A stretch of DNA of 64,000 nucleotides from an uncultured virus (IMG/VR IMGVR_UViG_3300005573_001079) (Duplodnaviria; Heunggongvirae; Uroviricota; Caudoviricetes): the IMG/VR virus record IMGVR_UViG_3300005573_001079, positions 1-64,000 of that record; one strand, 5' to 3'. Below are positions 28,256 to 37,158 of this stretch, one piece after another (positions within the stretch are counted from its first letter, which is position 1; each line of letters begins with the position of its first letter). The notes beneath the pieces are model-generated. The model was not told the origin of the DNA. It worked only from the letters and a program-made list of their open reading frames with translations, and ran no database searches. The translations under genes were made by a program, and so were the position numbers.

Positions 28256-29060
28256 ATACTTCTCCTCTGATTTCTATTTTACTTAAAATTTTATTTAGTT
28301 CTTCTTTTGAAAGTTTTGATAATGGGGTATTTCGTAAGTCTAACCATCCTCTGACATACTCGAGATTTCCTAATGATTGAATAGGAGTATTGCGTAAATC
28401 TAAATAGCTACCAACATAACAAAGATTTTCTAGTGATTGAATGAGAGTATTCGATAAATCTAAATCTTCTCCAACATAACGAAGATTTCCTAATGATTGA
28501 ATAGGAGTGTTTTCTAACCATAAATCTTTGCCAACTCTTTCAAGATTTCCTAAAGATTGGATTTGAGAGTTTGCTGCTAATAAACTCTCACCGACATATT
28601 CGAGGTCTCCTAAGGATTGAATTTGAGAGTTTTTTAAATCTAAATTCCCCCCTACATACTCAAGTTTTCCTAAAGACTGAATAGAAGTATTACGTAAATC
28701 TAAAGACTGTCCAACATATTCGAGGTCTCCTAATGATTGGATTTGAGAGTTTTCTAACCATAGATTTTTCCTGACATAACAAAGATTTCCTAATGATTGA
28801 ATAGGAGTATTGTGTGAATATAAACCTCCATTAACTTTTTCAAGTTTTCCTAAACTTTTAATGGAAGAATCATATAAGTATAAATCCCCTCTTACTTCTC
28901 TAATATTCCCTAAATCTTCAATCCAATCAATTCCATGTAAATCTAAATCTCCTTCTATGACTTCTTGTTGAAGAAGTTTTTGAATTTTCGTTTTTTCTTT
29001 TTCTTCTATTTCATCTATCTTACGTGGAATAAATATGTTGTTAAAGTTTGATTTATTCAA
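28245..29060 (-). CDS. LRR array protein (271 aa, TTG start)
   Basis: The conserved junction ATG is changed to ATA; the next codon TTG is the likely start. Confidence 0.88.
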   Translation of the reverse strand: MNKSNFNNIFIPRKIDEIEEKEKTKIQKLLQQEVIEGDLDLHGIDWIEDLGNIREVRGDLYLYDSSIKSLGKLEKVNGGLYSHNTPIQSLGNLCYVRKNLWLENSQIQSLGDLEYVGQSLDLRNTSIQSLGKLEYVGGNLDLKNSQIQSLGDLEYVGESLLAANSQIQSLGNLERVGKDLWLENTPIQSLGNLRYVGEDLDLSNTLIQSLENLCYVGSYLDLRNTPIQSLGNLEYVRGWLDLRNTPLSKLSKEELNKILSKIEIRGEVYVE

Positions 29061-29691
29061 TATATATTTCTCCTTTTATTTCTATTCCGCTTAAAATTTC
29101 ATCCAATTCTTCTTTTGGAAGTTTAGATAAAGGAGTATTTCGTAAGTATAAGTCTTTTCCAACATAACAAAGATTTCCTAATGATTGAATAGGAGTGTTT
29201 CTTAAGTCTAACCATCTTCCAACATATTGAAGATTTCCTAAAGATTGAATAGAGGTATTATATAAATCTAAGTTCCATCTTACATGTTCAAGATTTCCTA
29301 ATGATTGGATTTGAGAGTTTTGTAAGTATAAACTTCCCTCCACTTGTTTAAGACTTCCTAATGATTGAATAGAAGTATCTTGTAAATATAAATCTTCTCC
29401 AACATATTTGAGATTTCCTAAAGATTGAATAGGGGTGTTTTCTAAACTTAAATCTCCTTCAACTCTCTCAAGATTTCCTAAACTTTTAATGGAAGAGTTT
29501 TGTAAATATACATTACCTCTTACTTCTTTAACATTTCCTAAATCTTCAATCCAATTAATTCCTTGTAAATCTAAATCTCCTTCTATAATTTCTTGTTGTA
29601 GAAGTTTTTGAATTTTTGCTCTTTCTTTTTCTTCTATTTCATCTATTTTACGTGGAATAAATATGTTATCAAAACTTAGTTTATTTAACAT
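29053..29691 (-). CDS. LRR array protein (212 aa), first full unit
   Basis: N-cap, LRRs and C-cap. Confidence 0.93.
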   Translation of the reverse strand: MLNKLSFDNIFIPRKIDEIEEKERAKIQKLLQQEIIEGDLDLQGINWIEDLGNVKEVRGNVYLQNSSIKSLGNLERVEGDLSLENTPIQSLGNLKYVGEDLYLQDTSIQSLGSLKQVEGSLYLQNSQIQSLGNLEHVRWNLDLYNTSIQSLGNLQYVGRWLDLRNTPIQSLGNLCYVGKDLYLRNTPLSKLPKEELDEILSGIEIKGEIYIE

Positions 29692-29827
29692 ATGCTTTTC
29701 CTTCTATTTTTATTTTGTTTAAAATTATATTTAGTTTTTTTGGAGGTTTGGATGATGGTGTGTTTTGAATTTTTTTTATTCTATTGGGTTTGCAAGAAAT
29801 AAATATGATAGGGCATTTTTTTTCCAT
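29681..29827 (-). CDS. 48-aa zero-repeat leader ORF of the LRR array (degenerate N-cap joined to C-cap)
   Basis: Hand translation: MEKKCPIIFISCKPNRIKKIQNTPSSKPPKKLNIILNKIKIEGKAYVK*. Overlaps the next ATG by the standard 11 nt. Confidence 0.7.
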   Translation of the reverse strand: MEKKCPIIFISCKPNRIKKIQNTPSSKPPKKLNIILNKIKIEGKAYVK

Positions 29828-29869
29828 TATATTATTTTCTCTTAAAAAAATCAATAATGACTAATATAA

Positions 29870-29907
29870 TACAACAAAAAAAGTTTTTTCAAACTTTTTT
29901 TGTTGTA
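29870..29907 (-). terminator. 17-bp perfect inverted repeat between sheath and LRR array
   Basis: tacaacaaaaaaagttt-tttc-aaactttttttgttgta. The stem is AT-rich, so a terminator or operator role is uncertain. Confidence 0.5.
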
Positions 29908-29933
29908 AAAAAAACTAAAATCTTAAAAAAGAA

Positions 29934-31382
29934 TTAAATATAAACATTTACTGTTACATTTATCCACTTTAATGGATATAAAGGTTTATAAGAACAAGAA
30001 ACATCAATTTGTCTTGGCTCTTGTGCATTTTGTTTTGCAGAAACTTTTGTTTCTCCGGTTAAAGGATTATCTATTTTTCCGTATGCAGAGATCTCTTGTG
30101 CTCTCACTAAAGATTGTAGGAGTGAAGTAGTAACTGCTACTACATCATTAACTGTTGTACTATTAATAACCTTTCCTTTATTAGAAAAGACATCGTTAAG
30201 TCCTTTTCTAAGAGTTTCTTTTACTAATCGTTGTACATCAACTACTGATGGTTCTTGAGTATCCGCAGATGTAGGATCTGTAGTAATATCATCTCTTACA
30301 GTTACAATTCCTGATTTACTTTGAATAACACAACAGCTTGCAGCTCCTAAACGATTCATTTCCATATCATTCCACTTTTCATCCACTATAGAAAATCCGG
30401 TCAACACAAACCCATGAACAGGAGTAGAACGTTTTGGTTGAGCTGATCTTAATCCAGCAAGTGCAGCTGCAATATAATTACCATCTAGTTTCATTACATT
30501 CCCTAATGCATCAGATCGAGTTGCATAAGAAGGAACTACATATGTATGATGTTTGTTCTTTATTGAATTGGCTCTATAACAATAAGTATTTGGAGTAGAT
30601 ATATCTCCTATAGAATCAAATCCATCAGAAGCCGTATAAGGACTTGGAGAACCAGAAATAATTCCTCTCTCCTTTCCTGAATTATTCATAATTATTACAT
30701 GTGTATGAGCATAATTAATAAGAGATTCTTGTTGAGCTTTTGTAACCGACCCGCTTGGAAAAACACAAACTATATAAGATATATTATCTTTCTTTTGTAA
30801 CTTATCAATAGCAGCTTTATACGCAACTTCGCTATAAGTTGAACCTGAAGCTTGCACTAACATTACTCCTGGACTTCCGTTCTCTAAAACAATACTTCCC
30901 GCTATTGATAATATTCCAGTAGAAGTATTTTCTGGACCTTTATCTCTTAAAATACTTTCTTTGTCGTAATAAATCTTCGGGTCAAATTGTTCTGGGGGAG
31001 CTGCATATGTATAACTTATATAATATACTTCTCCTACGTTTGGAACATCAGTACCAGAAGCCCATTGAACTGCTCCGGGATTAGAAATAGAAATTTTAGA
31101 AATATCATACAAGGCACCCCCTAAAGAAATGAGTTTATAAGCTAAACTTCCAGATGCAATATTGGGAGTTTGAGATACTTTTGTTATTGACAAAATAGTC
31201 TTATCACTATCAGGCAAAATATCAATATTTCCAGTCCTTCTTACAACAGCAACATCTTCAACTTGAAGAACGGTTGGACCTAATCCTACTATCGCCGGAA
31301 TCTTAACATTACCAGCTGTGTTAATAATCATCGGATTATCATATACCTCTACGGTTGTTTGAGGAGGTCTATAAGTTGCCAT
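29934..31382 (-). CDS. Tail sheath protein
   Basis: MATYRPP...IPAIVG, YIAAALAG, EMNRLGAASCCVI, VRDDITTD and QIDVSCSYKPLYPLKWINV are sheath hallmarks. ATG at 31382 follows AGGAG (track start GTG 31388). Confidence 0.88.
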   Translation of the reverse strand: MATYRPPQTTVEVYDNPMIINTAGNVKIPAIVGLGPTVLQVEDVAVVRRTGNIDILPDSDKTILSITKVSQTPNIASGSLAYKLISLGGALYDISKISISNPGAVQWASGTDVPNVGEVYYISYTYAAPPEQFDPKIYYDKESILRDKGPENTSTGILSIAGSIVLENGSPGVMLVQASGSTYSEVAYKAAIDKLQKKDNISYIVCVFPSGSVTKAQQESLINYAHTHVIIMNNSGKERGIISGSPSPYTASDGFDSIGDISTPNTYCYRANSIKNKHHTYVVPSYATRSDALGNVMKLDGNYIAAALAGLRSAQPKRSTPVHGFVLTGFSIVDEKWNDMEMNRLGAASCCVIQSKSGIVTVRDDITTDPTSADTQEPSVVDVQRLVKETLRKGLNDVFSNKGKVINSTTVNDVVAVTTSLLQSLVRAQEISAYGKIDNPLTGETKVSAKQNAQEPRQIDVSCSYKPLYPLKWINVTVNVYI

Positions 31383-31461
31383 TTTCACTTACTCCTTTTT
31401 ATATAAATTTTAATTGTTTACAAAATAGTATTAAAGTACATAATATATATAGTTACACTTA

Positions 31462-32520
31462 TCAATAAAACAACAAATTTTCATTAAAAGTTTTAGCATC
31501 TACCTCTATAGAACGTATTGTACTTAATGGATAATCTTCATACCACTCTGTATAGAAATTTACAGTTATTGTAGAAAAGAAAATAATATCTTTATCTCCT
31601 CTACGTCTACTATTTATAGGACCTTGAGAAATACCCTTTATAAAAATACCTTTTTCTGTAAATTCAGAAACTATATTATTTATATCTGCTTGAGACAATT
31701 TTAAACCGTTTATTGCATCTGACGCACGAGATACTTGACAATACTTAGCAAGAGTAAAATATATAGAAATTAATTCTGTAAGATTATAAACAGTAGCAGT
31801 ATCGTTTTTAGCTTGAACGCTAAATTGTAAAGAAGATTCAAAAGTCCCTCCTAATCTTATACAAGCAGGAAAATATAAACTCCCAACTATACTTCCAGAT
31901 CTTGTTGCATTATTATATTGATAATTCCCATTAAAGTCACTATCAATCATTATATAATAGCTACTGTTATCTTGAGTCAAAAACTTTAAATAATAATCAC
32001 TATTTTTTTGGATTTCAAAACTATTAGAAAACTCTGAAAAATAAGAATTCATTCCTTTTATATTAGTTAAACTTCCTGAGCTAATAAGAGAAGAGTCTTT
32101 ATAAACTTGAACAACTAAGCTTTCTTCATCTAAATTTCTCTCTGTTAAAGAAACAACAACTTCAATTCCTCTAATTGTATTCCCTATCAAATCTCTATAA
32201 TTAATAGGAACTATTAAATCATTTAAATTATTTACTTCTACATATGTTAAAGGTCTCTTACCTAAGATAAACCTATCGTCGTCTACTACTTTCCATAAAT
32301 CATTAAATGAAGGTCTTGTATAATTCCCTCCTCCTGTAGATACTACTATAATCGGATACTTCTCGCTTTCCCACGCAAAGTGTTCATATACTAAAGATGA
32401 GCCCGATGCAACTTGTATTTGTTCTATTCCTAAATTATCCCATTTACTATTATATGTTAAAACTCTTCTTAAAAACTTAACACTTTGTTCAATTAAATAT
32501 TTATTTAATTTAAAATGCAT
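31462..32520 (-). CDS. Putative tail terminator / completion protein with an inserted domain
   Basis: EKYPIIVVSTGG...FESSLQFSVQA...FFSTITVNFYTEW. Immediately upstream of the sheath. Confidence 0.5.
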   Translation of the reverse strand: MHFKLNKYLIEQSVKFLRRVLTYNSKWDNLGIEQIQVASGSSLVYEHFAWESEKYPIIVVSTGGGNYTRPSFNDLWKVVDDDRFILGKRPLTYVEVNNLNDLIVPINYRDLIGNTIRGIEVVVSLTERNLDEESLVVQVYKDSSLISSGSLTNIKGMNSYFSEFSNSFEIQKNSDYYLKFLTQDNSSYYIMIDSDFNGNYQYNNATRSGSIVGSLYFPACIRLGGTFESSLQFSVQAKNDTATVYNLTELISIYFTLAKYCQVSRASDAINGLKLSQADINNIVSEFTEKGIFIKGISQGPINSRRRGDKDIIFFSTITVNFYTEWYEDYPLSTIRSIEVDAKTFNENLLFY

Positions 32521-32523
32521 ATA

Positions 32524-33117
32524 CTAATTCCATTCTTCTACTTTTTCAAATACTAATGGAAACTTTTTGATTATATACGCTAAATCTACTGGATGTATTG
32601 TATTTTCTGTCCATTCATTTAACTTATTTAATACATTTTTGATAATCACATTTTTATTAGAGTATTCAAGACGTTTTGTTAAAAATCGAAAAGTCATTTC
32701 AGAACATATATCCCCAGTAGGAAACCAATTATTCTTTTTTCTTACATCTAGTCCAATTATTTCAGCAATCCATCTGTAAATAAACCAAAATAATTGAAAG
32801 AACCCGTAAGTATCTCCCGCGTAATTTAAAAAAAAGTCTTTTATTAAATTATCTAAATCTTCTGCTTTAATATTATCATTTATCTTATAGATTACATATT
32901 TAACTTTAGGCTTTTGAAACTTTTTTAGAGGCATAATACTTTGAGCAGCCTCCGCACTAAATACAAAATCTTCGTTAAAAAACTTACCTACATAAAACAT
33001 TGAATGTGTCCAGTTCCCTACTCCATATTTTTTTGCTGCTCTCTTTGTAAAAAACTTTATAGCATTTGACAAAAAGTGTCCTTCATTATTTTGAACTAAA
33101 ATAATACTTCCTTTCAT
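32524..33117 (-). CDS. Permuted papain-like (NlpC/P60, YiiX/YebB-type) amidase
   Basis: GSIILV...LSNAIKFFT...WTHSMFYVG...YAGDTYGF...ICSEM...IHPVDL, with catalytic His before Cys. Confidence 0.8.
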   Translation of the reverse strand: MKGSIILVQNNEGHFLSNAIKFFTKRAAKKYGVGNWTHSMFYVGKFFNEDFVFSAEAAQSIMPLKKFQKPKVKYVIYKINDNIKAEDLDNLIKDFFLNYAGDTYGFFQLFWFIYRWIAEIIGLDVRKKNNWFPTGDICSEMTFRFLTKRLEYSNKNVIIKNVLNKLNEWTENTIHPVDLAYIIKKFPLVFEKVEEWN

Positions 33118-35714
33118 CTCACTCCTCCAAATATTTTTGTTATATATGCATCATCCGCAGGTGATGATTTAGTTGCTCTTATTTTTAAAGTAACATTATT
33201 TCCAGGAATAAGTTCTTTTTTAGAAAACCTATTTCCAAAAGAACTTGTTATTTGTTTATCTAATTGTATATAATCTTCAGTTTGTTGTGTAGAAACATAT
33301 CCTTCTAACGTGAATCCTGAAATATCATTCTTTTGAATATTTGCAAATATAGAAGAAACGTTTCCTTTTGGAAAAATCTTATATCTTATATCAACCTCTG
33401 TAGCATCTCTGTCTCCTGATATATATTTATATACTATTACATAAGGAGGTTGATAAGCTGGGTAATCTTCTCTTGTTATTGCTAAATACTTAGAATCCGC
33501 TGAAAAAGCCACGCCCCAAGGGCGAACAGGAATATACATCGTAGAAATATCTATAGGAGTAAAAACATTTCCTGAGATTGAATAAATTCTTATATAAGGA
33601 GAATTATAATAAGTAGCTACAAAATATAGTCCATTAGGACTAAAGGCGGCCCCTTGAGAAGCAGGAAGAGATGATAAAAAAGTAAAAGTATCTCCTACTC
33701 TCCTATAGAAACTTCCATTATAAAAAAGTGATCCGTCTGAATTCCAACATGATGGACTGCCACCGCTCGGAGGATTCATAACTAAAGTAAAACTATCTCC
33801 TTGTCTTTTAAAAATATAATAATAAGGAGAAGTACCAACATTAACATAAAAATAAGTACTTGTAGGATCAATACTACAATGGTAGGCATTAACTGTAGCA
33901 GAGGTAGGAAGTTCAGTCAAAAATGAAAATGTATTCCCACTACGTTTATAAACTCTTGCATAAGGAGGTGTTCTGAAAATTGCTAATATATAAGTACCAG
34001 TAGGATCAATACAAGATGCATAACACTCTTGATTAGATACTACAATTTGTGTCTGTGAAAAAACATCTCCCGTTCTTTTATATACGAATAACCCAATTTG
34101 TGTACCAGCAGCATGTCCACAAAAATAAGTAAACGTCTTATCTACACCTCCAATTCTACCAGAGTTTCCAGCTACATCTATCCATTGAACAATATTAAAA
34201 GTGTCTCCTGTTCTTTTATATAATACACCCGCAGGTATTACATTGATCATACTTAATAACATATAAGTTCCATCCTCACTAAAAAACACATTACGTCCTA
34301 TTCTACCCGATGTATAAGGTAACTGTTGCACTTGTGATGGGTCAATTCTTTCAGGAATATCAGAAAAAGCTACAATTTTTCCAAACTTTAATCTTTTATT
34401 AACAGTATCAATTTCTACATTACTCCTATATACTTTTGTAATCGCAGCAGAATAAGAAGAATTTACAGCAGATGAAAATCGTAAAGTATTAGCATCTGGT
34501 ATCGCACTTATAACTTTTCTTTCAATACTTGAAGAACTTTGTATTGTTACTTCTTGTCCTACTGAAAATATAGAAGCATTTGCTACCTGAGCCATATCAC
34601 TTCCTGCAGATAATAGAGATATCAAAGTAGTATTAGCAGTATCTAACACTCCTAAGCTGTAATAATTGGTATTGTTAAGCAAATCATAAAATTTATTAAT
34701 ACTCCCGCTATTAGGTTCTGAATCCATTTCTATCTGCTCACATACTTCTAAATTTTCAACTTTATTTATTAAAGAAGTAATATTAGTTGGAATTTTGTTA
34801 TCTACATATGTTTTAATCGCTTTTTGAGTAGAAATTTTAACATCACTATTTGCACTAAGTGTAGGATCTGTGTCAAGATAACTAAGCGGAATTTGTGTAA
34901 CATTTTGAACTTGACTTAAACCAACATCAGAAGGAGTGTGTGTATGAGCAGATGGTGGGAAAGATTGAGGAATATTAGTAATATTAGACCAATCTATACC
35001 AATATTTGCCCAATCTTTTGATGCAGTCAAATACCATAAAGTACCATCCCATACATATGAATTTCCGGTTCCATATTCATAACACCCATCCCCAGAGCGT
35101 AATGATCCCGTAGGAATTGCTAAACGATTAACTGAACCAGAAACTACATAAACCTTTGTCCCTCCTATTCCTGCAATATCTGGTATTTGTGATAAAGGAA
35201 CTTTTGAGTTTCCATCAAGAGAAGCATATCCTCCAGGTTGTCCTTTATTAGATATATTTTCGGGAATATAACCAAGAGAATCTTGTTTACTATTCCAATA
35301 TTGTATTTGACTATCTGTTACAAATCTATGAGAGGAATCATCAACAACACTTGAAGCAAGTAAAGAATAAGAACTTGAAGGATTTTGAAGCTGGAATGTA
35401 TTACTACTCAAATCATAAACTACTTGCACAATTTGTCCATCATTTATATCCCCAACACTTAAAGGTTTATTTCCCAACTTCACTATAGGAACAGGACCCA
35501 TGCCATTAATATTTAAAGTTACAGATCCAGAACCATCAATACCATTAAGAACCTTCATAAATACTGTAAGACCATCTACATAAAAATCCACTCCTAAATT
35601 ACTTAAGTATAAATAGTAATTATTATTTAATCCAGTTGCATAACCAAAATTTAATACTTTGGAAGCAAAAACTTTTTCTGTTTCTATTGCTCTTATATAC
35701 TTATATACAGACAT
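33114..35714 (-). CDS. Tail fibre / virion protein with C-terminal WD40-like beta-propeller
   Basis: Fibre motifs (TLNINGMG, HRFVTD, GYASLDGNSKVP, PPSAHTH, STQKAIKTYVD) followed by about seven YKRxGDxF...FSPNG repeats. Confidence 0.75.
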   Translation of the reverse strand: MSVYKYIRAIETEKVFASKVLNFGYATGLNNNYYLYLSNLGVDFYVDGLTVFMKVLNGIDGSGSVTLNINGMGPVPIVKLGNKPLSVGDINDGQIVQVVYDLSSNTFQLQNPSSSYSLLASSVVDDSSHRFVTDSQIQYWNSKQDSLGYIPENISNKGQPGGYASLDGNSKVPLSQIPDIAGIGGTKVYVVSGSVNRLAIPTGSLRSGDGCYEYGTGNSYVWDGTLWYLTASKDWANIGIDWSNITNIPQSFPPSAHTHTPSDVGLSQVQNVTQIPLSYLDTDPTLSANSDVKISTQKAIKTYVDNKIPTNITSLINKVENLEVCEQIEMDSEPNSGSINKFYDLLNNTNYYSLGVLDTANTTLISLLSAGSDMAQVANASIFSVGQEVTIQSSSSIERKVISAIPDANTLRFSSAVNSSYSAAITKVYRSNVEIDTVNKRLKFGKIVAFSDIPERIDPSQVQQLPYTSGRIGRNVFFSEDGTYMLLSMINVIPAGVLYKRTGDTFNIVQWIDVAGNSGRIGGVDKTFTYFCGHAAGTQIGLFVYKRTGDVFSQTQIVVSNQECYASCIDPTGTYILAIFRTPPYARVYKRSGNTFSFLTELPTSATVNAYHCSIDPTSTYFYVNVGTSPYYYIFKRQGDSFTLVMNPPSGGSPSCWNSDGSLFYNGSFYRRVGDTFTFLSSLPASQGAAFSPNGLYFVATYYNSPYIRIYSISGNVFTPIDISTMYIPVRPWGVAFSADSKYLAITREDYPAYQPPYVIVYKYISGDRDATEVDIRYKIFPKGNVSSIFANIQKNDISGFTLEGYVSTQQTEDYIQLDKQITSSFGNRFSKKELIPGNNVTLKIRATKSSPADDAYITKIFGGVR

Positions 35715-35758
35715 ATGAACAAACTCCCTTAATTATAATATCTATATAAACTAATTTC

Positions 35759-36550
35759 TTAATTATTTTCTTTGTATTCAATATAAATCTTTCCTCTTCC
35801 TTGTGAACTACCAGAAGCAATTATTTCTATAAACGGAGTAGAACTTGTTTGTAAAGTATAAATATCTTCAAATATATATGTTCCCTCCTCTATCATATTC
35901 TCAAAAGAGAAAATTGGTTCTAATTTGTCTGCATAAACATTTATAACACTTAAATAAGAAAAAGGCTCTATTACCTTATTTATAATACTAATAATATCAG
36001 TATTTTCTTTTAGCTGATCTCTAAAGTAGATTATATTATCCATATAAGAATATTCAACTACAATATATTGAGAAAAACTTTTATTTACTGCGCCTCCTTT
36101 TAATATAAAATTATCTTCCTCTTTAATATAAATACTATTCGAATTTAAAACGATAGAACCAGAAATTTGTGTAGTAGTTATAATCCCTTTGACAACATTA
36201 AAAGGTACTTGTATTAAAGAAATACCGTTATCATATACAATTGTTTTATCCTTATAAATACTTCCGCTAGTGTGACAAAATCCAAATTTGTTGAGATTGT
36301 TTCCAGGGACTGGAGGAGAGCTACCATCAAAATCAAATTCGATCAAAGGCAATAAACTCTTTAAGTTAAAGAATGTTGCAACTGTATTAAGAGTACTCTC
36401 TTCTGTGATAGATTTTGTTTCTACTTCTATTAATTCTCCTTCTACATTTTTTATTTGTAAGATACTCCCACTAGCAACTAAATTAGTAGTATCCCCTATG
36501 GAAAATTCTTGACTTAAAGTGCCTTTAATATTTGAAATTATATTATTCAT
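35759..36550 (-). CDS. Hypothetical virion structural protein
   Basis: Beta-rich. C-terminal jelly-roll-like domain ending GRGKIYIEY resembles those of its neighbours. Confidence 0.55.
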   Translation of the reverse strand: MNNIISNIKGTLSQEFSIGDTTNLVASGSILQIKNVEGELIEVETKSITEESTLNTVATFFNLKSLLPLIEFDFDGSSPPVPGNNLNKFGFCHTSGSIYKDKTIVYDNGISLIQVPFNVVKGIITTTQISGSIVLNSNSIYIKEEDNFILKGGAVNKSFSQYIVVEYSYMDNIIYFRDQLKENTDIISIINKVIEPFSYLSVINVYADKLEPIFSFENMIEEGTYIFEDIYTLQTSSTPFIEIIASGSSQGRGKIYIEYKENN

Positions 36551-37158
36551 AAACTAAAGTAATATATTTTTAATTTTGCTTTACCTTTTGTAGGGTTCTC
36601 ATCAAAATACAAATTCAAATCTCTTTTATTAATCCCTTCTATAAAATATTGATTTTTAGTTTTCCCTTCTAAATCTATTGAGAATACACTATCACGTTCT
36701 TCGCTATCTCCTATGTAAATCTTTCCTTTATCGAACTCTTCTTCTATTTCTAAATAAAGCACATATAATCTATCGTTATTAAATGTTTGTAATGGAATAA
36801 TAGATTTAGAAAAGTCTAAATAGTTAAAATCAAACTCTATTAAATTATTTTCATATATATAGTAAATTACTACAGTAATGTTTCCTTCTATTGGATTTTT
36901 ATCAACTAAATTTAAATATAAATTTTTGTAACAAACAAATATTAAAGACAATAAAACAAACCTCTTACTTACATTAATACTATCAACTATAGTAGTATTG
37001 TTTTCGTCTACTATCTTGATAACTCCTTCATTTAAACTACTATGTAAGTCGACTCTAAAAGCAATAGTATTAACTGGAAGTCTCCCGATTAAGTTTTGAG
37101 ATTGTTGAATTAAATTATCATAAGTCAAAGTTTTTGATATTTTATTTACATTTCTCAT
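36547..37158 (-). CDS. Hypothetical virion protein with two tandem beta domains
   Basis: Two halves ending NLYLNL...PIEGNITVVIYY and DLNLYF..NPTKGKAKLKIYY. Confidence 0.55.
   Translation of the reverse strand: MRNVNKISKTLTYDNLIQQSQNLIGRLPVNTIAFRVDLHSSLNEGVIKIVDENNTTIVDSINVSKRFVLLSLIFVCYKNLYLNLVDKNPIEGNITVVIYYIYENNLIEFDFNYLDFSKSIIPLQTFNNDRLYVLYLEIEEEFDKGKIYIGDSEERDSVFSIDLEGKTKNQYFIEGINKRDLNLYFDENPTKGKAKLKIYYFSL

Larger units (their letters stand above)
15029..29827 (-). repeat. Tandem array of paralogous short-LRR genes (20 ORFs, 21 units, plus leader and stub)
   Basis: Shared N-cap MLNKLSFNNIFIPRKIDEIEEKEK.RIQK.LQQE.IEGDLDL, 60-nt repeats (NTPIQSLGNLxxVxxxLxLx) and C-cap LQNTPLSKLPxxELNKILSKIEIxGxVYV. 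Confidence 0.97.

Noticed and set aside
15048..29691. CRISPR-like periodicity (conserved ~27-nt aagatttcctaatgattgaataggagt every 60 nt)
   Set aside because: The apparent spacers are homologous to each other, in frame and protein-coding, and the repeats vary at synonymous sites. No cas genes are present.
15048..29691. Diversity-generating retroelement as the source of variation
   Set aside because: No reverse transcriptase and no non-coding template repeat in the window. Variation is spread over all repeats and not obviously adenine-restricted. An RT elsewhere in the genome cannot be excluded.
15029..29827. Integron-like cassette array or invertible shufflon
   Set aside because: No intergenic attC-like palindromes, all units are in one orientation and overlap, and no integrase or invertase is visible.
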